Assembly (NCBI GenBank): GCA_965207445.1
Contig: CBDBLX010000002.1
Span: 320,001-384,000, forward strand
Length of the DNA stretch: 64,000 nucleotides
Direction: 5' to 3'
Origin: Nitrosopumilus sp.
GTDB taxonomy: Archaea > Thermoproteota > Nitrososphaeria > Nitrososphaerales > Nitrosopumilaceae
Shown here one piece after another: positions 40,467-49,556 of this stretch. The translations under genes and the position numbers were made by a program. The notes beneath the pieces were generated by a model. The model was not told the DNA's origin. It was given only the letters and a program-made list of their open reading frames with translations, and ran no database searches. Position 1 is the stretch's first letter. Each line of letters begins with the position of its first letter.

Positions 40467-42134
40467 TAGTGATTTCATTAAAGTTCCGATAGTTTTTAGA
40501 CATTCTTATAATCATATATTGGGAAATCAAGCAGGCCCCATGTTGTAATCCATACATGCTCCATGATTTTCCCATGGACATGGGGCATGCCAGCCATGTA
40601 TTTCGACGTGGTAAAGGGTATGTGCGCAGCCGTCCTGATCATAGTGCGATCTGTGCGTCGCACAGCCTCGCCCGGACCTCCTAGTTCGCGTAATATGCAG
40701 TTCATGCAGCCCGGAGTTCTGGTATTAACGCGTTGTTCTTTGCGTCCTGTATGGCATTGCGCATGTACTCTAGCAGCCTGACTGTACCAACCTCGCCGTT
40801 TTCCATCATGTGTAATATGGACTTTCGAATCTCTGGAAAACCACCCTTGTAGTATCTGCCTGCCAGTGAGCGCTTTATCTCGCGCCATTGGATCTCTATG
40901 GGATTGTGTTGAGGAGTGTATGGTGGCAAGTACCATAGTGCGACTTGTCCTCTTGTCTGTTCCAGATACTGCTTGATGTCTTTGGACTTGTGCGCAGATG
41001 CATTGTCACATATGACAAATACCTTACCGTACTTTTCTCGGAGCATCTCCAACAGTTTTATGACGTTTACAGTATTCGCACTGTCGCAAAAGTGCAGGTG
41101 GCACGTGTCGGCCCCGAGTGCACCCAGCATCTTCATGCTCGTTTTTGAAAAGTTGACCTTTACAGTCTCAGAGCCTCCTCGGAGATGTAGTCCGCGCGCG
41201 ACATACGGCGAGTTTGTGATTGCAGCGGCATCCATGCAGAACACCTCATAGCCGGCACGGGCGTGCGCCATGATGGCTCGTATTGTGTCGTGTACATAAT
41301 GCAGTTCTTCTAATGGACTGGCAGACTTGTGGTGGATTGGCCTGGGCATTCTTATTGAAAAGCCCATCCTGTGAGCTAGCGCCAGGGCTCCGGTCCACGT
41401 GTACTGGACGTCAAAAATGTTTACCAGATGCAATGCAAACAAGGCGGCAGTCCATGTCCCACGCTCAAAGCCGCACTGCATAGGCTCTCTACTCAGATCG
41501 GCCTTTGCCTGTTCTTGTTGTTCTTTTGTGAGTCTGCACGGCCTGCCGGGGCTCTTGCGGTCATACCTGCCCTCCAAGCCCTCTGATTGTAGTCTGTTGA
41601 GCCACTCAGATATGACGCTCTGGCTGCGTCCGAGCTGGGCGGCTATTGCAGACTCACTCTTGCCCTTTTTTCGCCCAACTGCAGCTTGCAGTCTGTCCCG
41701 GGACTTACCCGGAGGCTCTTTGCGGTAGGCGGCCTTTAGATCTTCCAGGGACACGTCGGGCATGAACCCATCCCCTCTTTCTACATAGGCTGTCTTCAAA
41801 AAATACGCACCTCGTCGATGCCGCAAGACGATCTGCCTGCAGAGTCGTTAAATATGGCATCGACGAGTACTAGTCGATGTACCATTTTTTTGTTTTTCAT
41901 CAAACACTAATGGCCACATCGCCTTTTGACACTCTAGGTCAAATTAATTCAACCAATTGATCAAAAATTACCAATACCTGCCACTGACATACACACCCAA
42001 TTCATCGTCTCTCTTCTGGCCACCACACGGTATCTGCTACACATAGTGCCAATTACGTCTATTTTTCCACTCCGTACCCGCCTGCCTAGCCGAAATCGCC
42101 TGTAAAAACTATCGGATCTTTAATGAAATCACTA
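40467..42134 (-). mobile_element. IS630-like element (1668 bp)
   Basis: 31-bp TIR TAGTGATTTCATTAAAGWTCCGATAGTTTTT, flanked by TGGG on both sides (40463-40466 and 42135-42138). Confidence 0.92.
40702..41763 (-). CDS. IS630-family transposase, intact single frame
   Basis: HTH, PGRP, FCMD, ICDNASAHKS and LPPYTPQHNPIEIQW. ATG 41763 is preceded by AGAGGGGA. Confidence 0.92.
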   Translation of the reverse strand: MPDVSLEDLKAAYRKEPPGKSRDRLQAAVGRKKGKSESAIAAQLGRSQSVISEWLNRLQSEGLEGRYDRKSPGRPCRLTKEQQEQAKADLSREPMQCGFERGTWTAALFALHLVNIFDVQYTWTGALALAHRMGFSIRMPRPIHHKSASPLEELHYVHDTIRAIMAHARAGYEVFCMDAAAITNSPYVARGLHLRGGSETVKVNFSKTSMKMLGALGADTCHLHFCDSANTVNVIKLLEMLREKYGKVFVICDNASAHKSKDIKQYLEQTRGQVALWYLPPYTPQHNPIEIQWREIKRSLAGRYYKGGFPEIRKSILHMMENGEVGTVRLLEYMRNAIQDAKNNALIPELRAA

Positions 42135-42907
42135 TGGGCATGTAGTGCCATCTATCACCTCTGTTCTGGTTATGTCCACGGGGCGCGTAGTTTTGGTAGC
42201 TTTTTGCCCCTTTGGTCTGCCCCGTGGTTTATTTTCTCCTGGCGTTTTGTCAGGTTTATCACTAGCAGTGACTGCCTTGATGCCGTTTTTCTTGGCCCTT
42301 AGCTCTTTGTTGATCTTTTGATATTTTTTATTGTCCTTGGCCAATTCTTCATTTTGTGTCTTTAACGTGTTGACATCTTGTAGCATCTCAGACACCCCAT
42401 TGGACGTTATTTTTTTCTTTGAATCCGATGACTCTTGCAATATTTTGTCAATTCCGGTATTCTCCAACCACCACTTGCAACACTCGCAATCACTTTTGAG
42501 ACATGGTTTTTTTGCATGTTGTGTGTTTTTGTCACGAGGTTCTGAGCAGCACAACTATGTTCCCACCTCCTGCAAATAATTGACACTATTGCATTTCCAG
42601 TCACACTGATCGCTTAAATCAGATTTTTGCGATGATCTAATATCGTTCCTGTCTATCATTTTATTTGCACTTAATGATAGATGGAAGCGTTTTGATTTAA
42701 TACCCTCTGGATTAAATTATTAGAGTTTTTGATCAAATTTTTTAAACCAAAATTATCATAGTATATAATCATAAGAATTTAAGTGTCCACTTCAAAAAGC
42801 AAAATAGTTACCTATTGTGCATCATATGTGTTGTATATCATTCAGATTACACTAAATTATTTGCTGGTTATTATTCATAAAAATATAAATTGTATTATAT
42901 TTATATA

Positions 42908-43423
42908 CTATGATATTTTATTATTATTACTCCAAAAAGATCCATCTAAATGTGATTTTATTATTATTGTATCGAAATTCTTTTGAGATTTCGCAAGTAT
43001 TATGCGGCATCGTTTGTTGTCTATTTTAAAGCCAGATTTCAACTCTTGTGTAGTGTAATGGTTACCATATTTTTTAGCCTCCACTATAAAAAATACAGTA
43101 AACGGTCTCTGATATACTGATTTCAACATACAAGTTGATTTTTTATAGCTGTTTTGAAATTTGGTCACAATTGAGTTATAATTAAGATGGGCACTCTTTA
43201 ATTCAATTAAAAATATACAATTATTATAAAATATAATACAATCACACATTTTAAGAGTCACGTCGGATACCAACCTTTCTCCCTTAAGTATGACTATGCA
43301 CGAATCTTTTCGTATTTTTATCTCAACTCCATGTTCGCAACATTTGTCAAGCACGGCATGCCCATAGATTTTTTTGATCGTTTGGATTACTTTATTGGAA
43401 GATTGCTTACTACTTTTAACCAT
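42908..43423 (-). CDS. Small putative PD-(D/E)xK-like nuclease partnered with the upstream ATPase
   Basis: KMCDCIIF...FLIELKS...KFQN pattern; overlaps the ATPase stop. Confidence 0.55.
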   Translation of the reverse strand: MVKSSKQSSNKVIQTIKKIYGHAVLDKCCEHGVEIKIRKDSCIVILKGERLVSDVTLKMCDCIIFYNNCIFLIELKSAHLNYNSIVTKFQNSYKKSTCMLKSVYQRPFTVFFIVEAKKYGNHYTTQELKSGFKIDNKRCRIILAKSQKNFDTIIIKSHLDGSFWSNNNKIS

Positions 43424-44793
43424 CGGTCATACAACTCGTGTTCCACTTTACCAAACTCTTCTTGTGATATTCCACTCTCATCATCAAATGGTATGGATAT
43501 TATGTTATAGCTTTCATCCTTGTTTTTTCTAAAGACGTATGGGGATACATCATCTGCTGTAATATGTGTCTCTACTTTTAGTCTCTTTCTTCTCTTCTCA
43601 TCTAGTCTGTCAGCAAGCACATATTTACCAAATTCGGCCAAAAGAAATGTACTGTGTGTAGTGACCAATACCTTTAGACCGGACTGAACCATCTTTATGA
43701 TATGTTTGGCAAGTAATGCCTGTGCATGTGGGTGAAGGTGTGATTCGGGTTCTTCTATTATGAGTAGACTCCCCTCTTCTACTATATACTTCAAGTAGAT
43801 CAAAAGTGGAGCAAGCTCCGAGACTGCAGAAGACGCATTATCAAGTGGAATGGTATTACCATCAAAAGTGTAAAAAAGTTGAGGTATGCTTTGTTTATCT
43901 ACACGAGTGTCGATCTTACCACGAAACACGTCGGATTCCATCTCTTCTGCCAATTTAAAAAATGGGGTTTTTTTGTGCTGTAATGTAATCAAGGGTGTAA
44001 TAAAATCTGTAATTATGCCATCAATTACTGGTTTCTCGATATTTCTCAATATAGAATAACTAAGATCTTCAATTACAGAAGCAGCTGTTTCAGGATATGT
44101 TTTCAAAATACCCGATCGTGATGCAGGAAAATAAAATGGGATCAACTGCTGCACGCTATTTATCAGTAGATCCAAGCGTATTACGTTTATTATTAGATTG
44201 ATGGTGTCGTGGTTGAGAAATGTTTGTTTGTATTTTTTGCCTATTGTTATAGTGATTGAAGATTTATCTTTTGTTACCTCAAATGTTTTTATATGATTTG
44301 ATATTTTAATTATATATTTTGTGTCTGGCAGTGTAATTTTTTTAATCTCAAGATTACCATTCAAGTCAACTATCACATCAGCAAAGGTAGAAATTTTAAT
44401 TTTTGTGTGTGGGGTATTTTTTCTTGTTAAATTTTTAATGGATGTAAAAAAATTCCTCTCTAAATTTTGTTTAAGATTGTTATCAAACATTTCTTTGATT
44501 ATAAGAGAATACATATTTTTTAAGGCATCTGGAGGAATCTCAATTATATCACTTTTATTATTGCGCATGATAGCGCTTAATTCTTTTTTTATGGATTTAC
44601 GTAGGTGGTGGGGCAAATAACCTGGCCGAAAAAGACCACGTAGATTTTCAGAATTTAAGATAGAGTATATGAGAGTAGACATGTATGATTTGCCAGAGTT
44701 GCTAGGACCTATGAATATGGTCAGTGGTTTTAGAGACACTGTGCCTTTTTTAATAGGGCCAAAGTTTTCTACTGTAACTTGACGTGGATTCAT
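43387..44793 (-). CDS. ABC-type ATPase (AAA_15/AAA_21-like)
   Basis: VENFGPI, GPSNSGKS, PASRSG, ASSAVSELAP, IIEEPESHLHP and VTTHS. Confidence 0.88.
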   Translation of the reverse strand: MNPRQVTVENFGPIKKGTVSLKPLTIFIGPSNSGKSYMSTLIYSILNSENLRGLFRPGYLPHHLRKSIKKELSAIMRNNKSDIIEIPPDALKNMYSLIIKEMFDNNLKQNLERNFFTSIKNLTRKNTPHTKIKISTFADVIVDLNGNLEIKKITLPDTKYIIKISNHIKTFEVTKDKSSITITIGKKYKQTFLNHDTINLIINVIRLDLLINSVQQLIPFYFPASRSGILKTYPETAASVIEDLSYSILRNIEKPVIDGIITDFITPLITLQHKKTPFFKLAEEMESDVFRGKIDTRVDKQSIPQLFYTFDGNTIPLDNASSAVSELAPLLIYLKYIVEEGSLLIIEEPESHLHPHAQALLAKHIIKMVQSGLKVLVTTHSTFLLAEFGKYVLADRLDEKRRKRLKVETHITADDVSPYVFRKNKDESYNIISIPFDDESGISQEEFGKVEHELYDRWLKVVSNLPIK

Positions 44794-44843
44794 GAGTAGA
44801 GTACTTTATATGCCGTTAAAAATAGCTTTGTACCAAATCAGGT

Positions 44844-44925
44844 GTAACTGTTCAAACCCCGTTACCTGCGCCAGACGTTAGGCGGTGAATTTGTGCTTAA
44901 ATTTGAGAATAGATTGAACGGTTAC
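44844..44925. mobile_element. IS66-type MITE
   Basis: GTAACTGTTCAA...TTGAACGGTTAC. Interior matches 1126-1206. No target duplication. Confidence 0.85.
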
Positions 44926-45102
44926 ACGGGCATTTTTTTTGTGTAGATGTTGTGTATATGATATATGTCAAATGTTTATTTATAATCAAATGATGTGACA
45001 TGTCTGCGGCAATTTATTTGACAACTGACTATGAGCAAGTCTGTGACACGTCTCGCTAACTATGAAAATGTTTATGAAAATTGTACTATTCAAACTATGT
45101 AA

Positions 45103-45642
45103 TTATTTATACTGTTTTGTATTTTTTATACTGTTCATAAGATATTTCCATTTATCATGTGCTTTTTGGACTTGAGTGCGACGAAAATTACTTTTTATTA
45201 TGTGTACTTTGTCAATTAACTCTTCTTTTTTTATGTGTGGTGTATTTGTATTGACAAAATCTATTGTTGTTGCCAGCTCGATCTCTTTCTTTTCCCATTT
45301 TGATAACTGTGATATGAGTGTGCGTGTATTTTTTACTTTTATGGGATCACAAATATTTTCTGTAAATTTATCTACGGTGCGTTTGCCCTTATCTGTGAGC
45401 CTAAAAAGGTGCGGCGTCTCATTACCTTGTTCGATTAATTTAATATTCTCTGCTATTTGTATGGTGTTGGTAAGCTGAAAAGAAAAAGGTCCATAATAAT
45501 GTAGTTGATAGTATCCTACATCCCATTCCAAATATTTACAAAAATATGCTATCTTTTGTAACATTGTTCTTCCAACTATCTCGTGATTATTGCCACCATC
45601 AACAATCATGCAAAGTAATCCAACTCTATCAAGCATTCCCAT
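45103..45642 (-). CDS. YwgA/Panacea(DUF4065)-like winged-helix protein
   Basis: GRTMLQKIAYF, Y.LHYYGPFS..L, LT.KG and ELATTI.F motifs. Confidence 0.7.
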   Translation of the reverse strand: MGMLDRVGLLCMIVDGGNNHEIVGRTMLQKIAYFCKYLEWDVGYYQLHYYGPFSFQLTNTIQIAENIKLIEQGNETPHLFRLTDKGKRTVDKFTENICDPIKVKNTRTLISQLSKWEKKEIELATTIDFVNTNTPHIKKEELIDKVHIIKSNFRRTQVQKAHDKWKYLMNSIKNTKQYK

Positions 45643-45711
45643 AATGTTTCACCATGTGTAGTTTCTATTAGATGTTTAATCTTTTGATTTTGGATTGGGT
45701 GCTCACGTCGT

Positions 45712-47928
45712 TTACTTATCTAGTATATTTTTGATACTGTCAACTACAAGCTCATTTATGGTCTGACCTGGTGCCTTACCCCTTAACTTTTTCATTGCAA
45801 TTCCCATAAGCGGCTTTGCAGCACGTGTACCTTGATTTTTAATCATGTCTTTGTTGTCTTGTATTATTTGGTTTATAGTATGTGCAAGTTCTTCTTTGCT
45901 GATGTTTTGTATGGATGCAGATTTTATAGCATCTGCGATGGTCTTTGATTTTTTAGTCATTATCTTTTGAAATATTATCTCAATTGACTCTTTTGTAATC
46001 TCTTTTTTGTATAGCAGACCAAAGGTCTCTCGTATCATATCATCACTCAAAAGATTTGAGTCAGTATCATTCTGTCTCTCTAGATTCGTTATGGTTGAAC
46101 ATAACACTGATGCTACAAATGTGGGCGTTGTCTGATTTTTGTTCTGAACAGTGTCCGTATCGTGTTTGTTATTGATATTATCATTGTTTGATATACCTGC
46201 TGCAATCTCCTCAAATAATTCCAAACGTGTCGAATCCCACAATTGTTCTGCAAGTTGTTGATTAATCCCATATGCGGACTGTAAATTTTGTATTGACTCG
46301 TCCCATGGTTTTGGTATATTTGATTTGGCATAGTTGATCTCATTTTGTGTAATTGGTATGGTTTGGATATCAGTCTCCGGATACATTCGTGCAGCTCCTG
46401 GCCGTGGCCTCTGAAATACAGTCTTGCCATCTATAGTTGCATATCTTGTATCTGCTGGAATGCCGTTTTGTGCTATCTGTTGAACTCTGTGTATGATTTG
46501 ATTTATGATTGCATCTGTCTTTGCATGTGGTGCTACAAGCATAAAAAATGCATCGCAGTTGTGTTGATCAATGTTTAACAACTCTGATACATTTTGTACA
46601 TCTTTGCTAGTTATACCATATGCAGGAAGCTCATCAGAGTGAAATATGCCACCAATCCCAAATAGTTTTACTAGTTGTGCAATCTCTTTACCTAGTCTGA
46701 CATCTTTGTATGGTGTATATCCAAATATTCCTTTTGCACCTCTAAATGCTACTGCTATGATGTGATTATCTTGTTGTTTTTGTTGTGGTGATTGTTGTTG
46801 TTGTTTTTCCTGTTTTAATGCCTTTTGTATTATCTTGGATTCTGAGTCTCTAAACACATCAGTCACATCTACTATATCCTTTGATGGATTATGTACCCAT
46901 CCACATTTTTGTAACTTTTTTGATATCTCAAGCAATCCATTCTGCCTTTGTGCCTCATATTTTACCACGTTTTCTATCTGGTCAAGTTGTTGTACGCCTT
47001 TGACCTCTACAACTATTCCATTTCCATTTGCTATGCTTACATTGACATCTTGTCTTATGGAACCTAATCCACGTGTGACCATTCTGGTGCTACGAAGTAT
47101 CCTGCCTAGCGTCAATGCTACTATCTTTACAGTATTGAAATCTGATACGGGAAATGGCTCTGTTGCAATCTCAACGAGTGGAACCCCGAGTCGTTCTAGT
47201 CCATATTTTTTAATATCTTGTTTAATATCCTGCTTGATATGATTATTACTATTATGATCATTTTTTGTATCTATCTTTTTTGCAGCATCTTCTTCCAAGC
47301 ATATTGACTGGACTCCGATTGTCTGTCTTTGTTTTCCATTTAATATAGAAAATGATCCTCCTTGGGACACTAGTATTGTGCGTTGGAATCCTGCTGTATT
47401 TGAGCCATCCACGACTGTTTTTCTCATTGTATGTAGTTCTGTGTATATACGCGAGTTTAATGCAGATGCAATTAAGAGTGCAATTTTCTTGGCATCTACA
47501 TCCAATTCATGGGGTGGCTCTTCGTCTTGCTCTACTAGACAACTGCTATTATAATTTGCATAATATTTGATAGTCTTTGCTTTTGTGCCCTCAAAGATGG
47601 CTGCTGCATCGTGTTTGCCCATCTCACCACTTGATGGTCTTAATCGTCGCTCAAATGATGTTGTATACGAGTCAGGCTCTAAGGGTGCACAACTACAAAA
47701 CAACTTTTTTCCAGTTGCAAGTTGTTGGTGTATCTCTAATCCTACTTTAACGCCTGTTATGTTGTCTGATTCTGTTGTTGTTGTGGTGTCAGTTGTATCA
47801 TTTGTGTTGGTGGTGTCAGTGGTGTCAGTTGTTGTTGCCGTTGGTGTGATGGTTGTTTGTGTTGTTGCAGTTGTTGCAGTTGCAGTTGCAGTTGTTACTG
47901 CTGTCTGTATACCTGCATCCCCATTCAC
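45712..47928 (-). CDS. gatE: Glu-tRNA(Gln) amidotransferase subunit E
   Basis: KVGLEIHQQL, MRKTVVDGSNTAGFQRT, IRQDVNVSI and RPRPGAARMYPETD. Confidence 0.96.
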   Translation of the reverse strand: MNGDAGIQTAVTTATATATTATTQTTITPTATTTDTTDTTNTNDTTDTTTTTESDNITGVKVGLEIHQQLATGKKLFCSCAPLEPDSYTTSFERRLRPSSGEMGKHDAAAIFEGTKAKTIKYYANYNSSCLVEQDEEPPHELDVDAKKIALLIASALNSRIYTELHTMRKTVVDGSNTAGFQRTILVSQGGSFSILNGKQRQTIGVQSICLEEDAAKKIDTKNDHNSNNHIKQDIKQDIKKYGLERLGVPLVEIATEPFPVSDFNTVKIVALTLGRILRSTRMVTRGLGSIRQDVNVSIANGNGIVVEVKGVQQLDQIENVVKYEAQRQNGLLEISKKLQKCGWVHNPSKDIVDVTDVFRDSESKIIQKALKQEKQQQQSPQQKQQDNHIIAVAFRGAKGIFGYTPYKDVRLGKEIAQLVKLFGIGGIFHSDELPAYGITSKDVQNVSELLNIDQHNCDAFFMLVAPHAKTDAIINQIIHRVQQIAQNGIPADTRYATIDGKTVFQRPRPGAARMYPETDIQTIPITQNEINYAKSNIPKPWDESIQNLQSAYGINQQLAEQLWDSTRLELFEEIAAGISNNDNINNKHDTDTVQNKNQTTPTFVASVLCSTITNLERQNDTDSNLLSDDMIRETFGLLYKKEITKESIEIIFQKIMTKKSKTIADAIKSASIQNISKEELAHTINQIIQDNKDMIKNQGTRAAKPLMGIAMKKLRGKAPGQTINELVVDSIKNILDK

Positions 47929-49544
47929 AACACACTCACCTCTGATGCGATATTTTGCAACATTATCTCTTTGATTTCACTTGCATTATCTGCATGTCCT
48001 GCAGCCCACATAGCCTTGACTAGTGCCACTTCTGGCAACATATCATACAATGGCACCACGCCCATATTCATCAAGTCTCGTCCGCTCTCATATACTGTCA
48101 TTCTAACTCTACCTTGTATACACTGTGACGTCATTCCTAAAAATATGCCACTATTGGCAGCTCGTCTCACCTGTTCGTATAACGTTTTGCCTACATGTCC
48201 CAAACCTGTCCCTTCAAATATTATGGCTTTGTATTTAGAGTCTATCATATGTTCAATTATATTTTTATCGTATCCTGGATAATATTTTACCAGTGCTACT
48301 TTTTGATCAAGGTTTATCTTTGGTGTATATTTTTGAGTGTCCTTTTCATCTGTTGTACTATCTGTGATGGTTGTAGCAACATTACTATCTGTGATAATTG
48401 TTGTGACATTACCATCTGCTGATACCACATATGCTGGTTCTGCACCAATGGTCTCAAATGCATCCCGCTTACTAGTATGCATCTTTCTGACACGTGTTCC
48501 AATGTGGCATGCTATTGTATCGTCCCCTGTATTTTTATGCATTGCCACATATACTGCATTCTTACCCTTTTGTGATGTGATGAATCGAGCAGCACCTAAA
48601 AGATTCGTTGCAGCATCAGATGATGCTCTGTCCGATGACCTTTGCGCACCCACCAATACTATGGGAATTGGAAATTTTGCAAGTGCAAATGACAAAAATG
48701 CAGATGTGTAATGTATGGTGTCAGTGCCGTGTGCTATAATAATGCCATCATAATGGGGGGTCTCGTTTCTTTTATCATCATCGCCACCACCACCATCATC
48801 ACCGTTACTTGTATAGTCATATTTGGTACAATTTACAATCTCTTTTGCAATATGTTGCCAGTGCTCTGGTGTGACATTCTCAGAGTACTCTGATAATATA
48901 ACTTTGGTATCAATTGCAGCTATACTGCCTAGCTCTGGTACTGCTTTGTGCAGATCATCTGCTGATAATACTGGTGTGACGGCACCCGTCCTATAGTCAA
49001 TTCTACTTGCTATTGTGCCACCTGTTGATAACAATAGTATTCTTTTTTCTGTTTTGTTGTTTGATTTCTGGTGTGATGCAGAAATGTTATTTTTATGATC
49101 ATTTATTGTCGATACTATTGTTGTGGGATCTTTACTATGTTGTTGCTGTTGTGATTGTGGTTGTGATTGCTGTTGCGATACTATCTTTACACTCTCTATT
49201 GTATCTGTGTTGATTCCTACATTGTATCCACTCTTGAGTTTTATTACAACATGTTTGTCATCATCATATTCGTATCTGGGCATTAAAATTCCAGTATGTG
49301 TGGCATTTTTTGATATGATTGTAATGGTATCGCCGACTAGTATAGTTTTTTCATTATTATTATTATTTAAAATTTCAAGTGCTGTGCCGTGGTATCCGTT
49401 TTGAGACAGGTGTGTTGTGTCGTTATTATTGTGGTGGCTACTACCACTACTACTATCCACACTACTATTATCATCATCATTATCCCCATCACACCTGCAA
49501 TTATCATCAAACGTATGCTCGTCTGAGATGCCATAATTGTGCAT
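47925..49544 (-). CDS. gatD: Glu-tRNA(Gln) amidotransferase subunit D
   Basis: KLKSGYNVGI, STGGTIASRIDYRTGAV, HGTDT and GAQRSSDR. Confidence 0.96.
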   Translation of the reverse strand: MHNYGISDEHTFDDNCRCDGDNDDDNSSVDSSSGSSHHNNNDTTHLSQNGYHGTALEILNNNNNEKTILVGDTITIISKNATHTGILMPRYEYDDDKHVVIKLKSGYNVGINTDTIESVKIVSQQQSQPQSQQQQHSKDPTTIVSTINDHKNNISASHQKSNNKTEKRILLLSTGGTIASRIDYRTGAVTPVLSADDLHKAVPELGSIAAIDTKVILSEYSENVTPEHWQHIAKEIVNCTKYDYTSNGDDGGGGDDDKRNETPHYDGIIIAHGTDTIHYTSAFLSFALAKFPIPIVLVGAQRSSDRASSDAATNLLGAARFITSQKGKNAVYVAMHKNTGDDTIACHIGTRVRKMHTSKRDAFETIGAEPAYVVSADGNVTTIITDSNVATTITDSTTDEKDTQKYTPKINLDQKVALVKYYPGYDKNIIEHMIDSKYKAIIFEGTGLGHVGKTLYEQVRRAANSGIFLGMTSQCIQGRVRMTVYESGRDLMNMGVVPLYDMLPEVALVKAMWAAGHADNASEIKEIMLQNIASEVSVL

Positions 49545-49556
49545 TACACATACAAC

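Larger units (their letters stand above)
39395..42659 (-). pseudogene. IS66-like transposase split by the insertion at 40467-42134
   Basis: N-part ...RGRPKGQKA...GTTCP joins in frame to QCKNPLS... The C-part has GCDE, HQMCLSHQLR and PPDNNDVER. An in-frame TAG also lies near the 5' end. Confidence 0.85.
39235..42811 (-). mobile_element. Second IS66-like element, interrupted by a nested IS630-like element
   Basis: 24-bp TIR GTAACTATTTTGCTTTTTGAAGTG / CACTTCAAAAAGCAAAATAGTTAC. 8-bp duplication CTATTGTG at 39227-39234 and 42812-42819. Confidence 0.92.

Noticed and set aside
40496..40936. Second ORF in the IS630-like element
   Set aside because: It overlaps the transposase 3' end in another frame and has no recognisable motif.
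44994..45053. TGTGACA(T/C)GTCT pair as an IS terminus or operator
   Set aside because: Only two short imperfect copies with no partner end; too weak to call.
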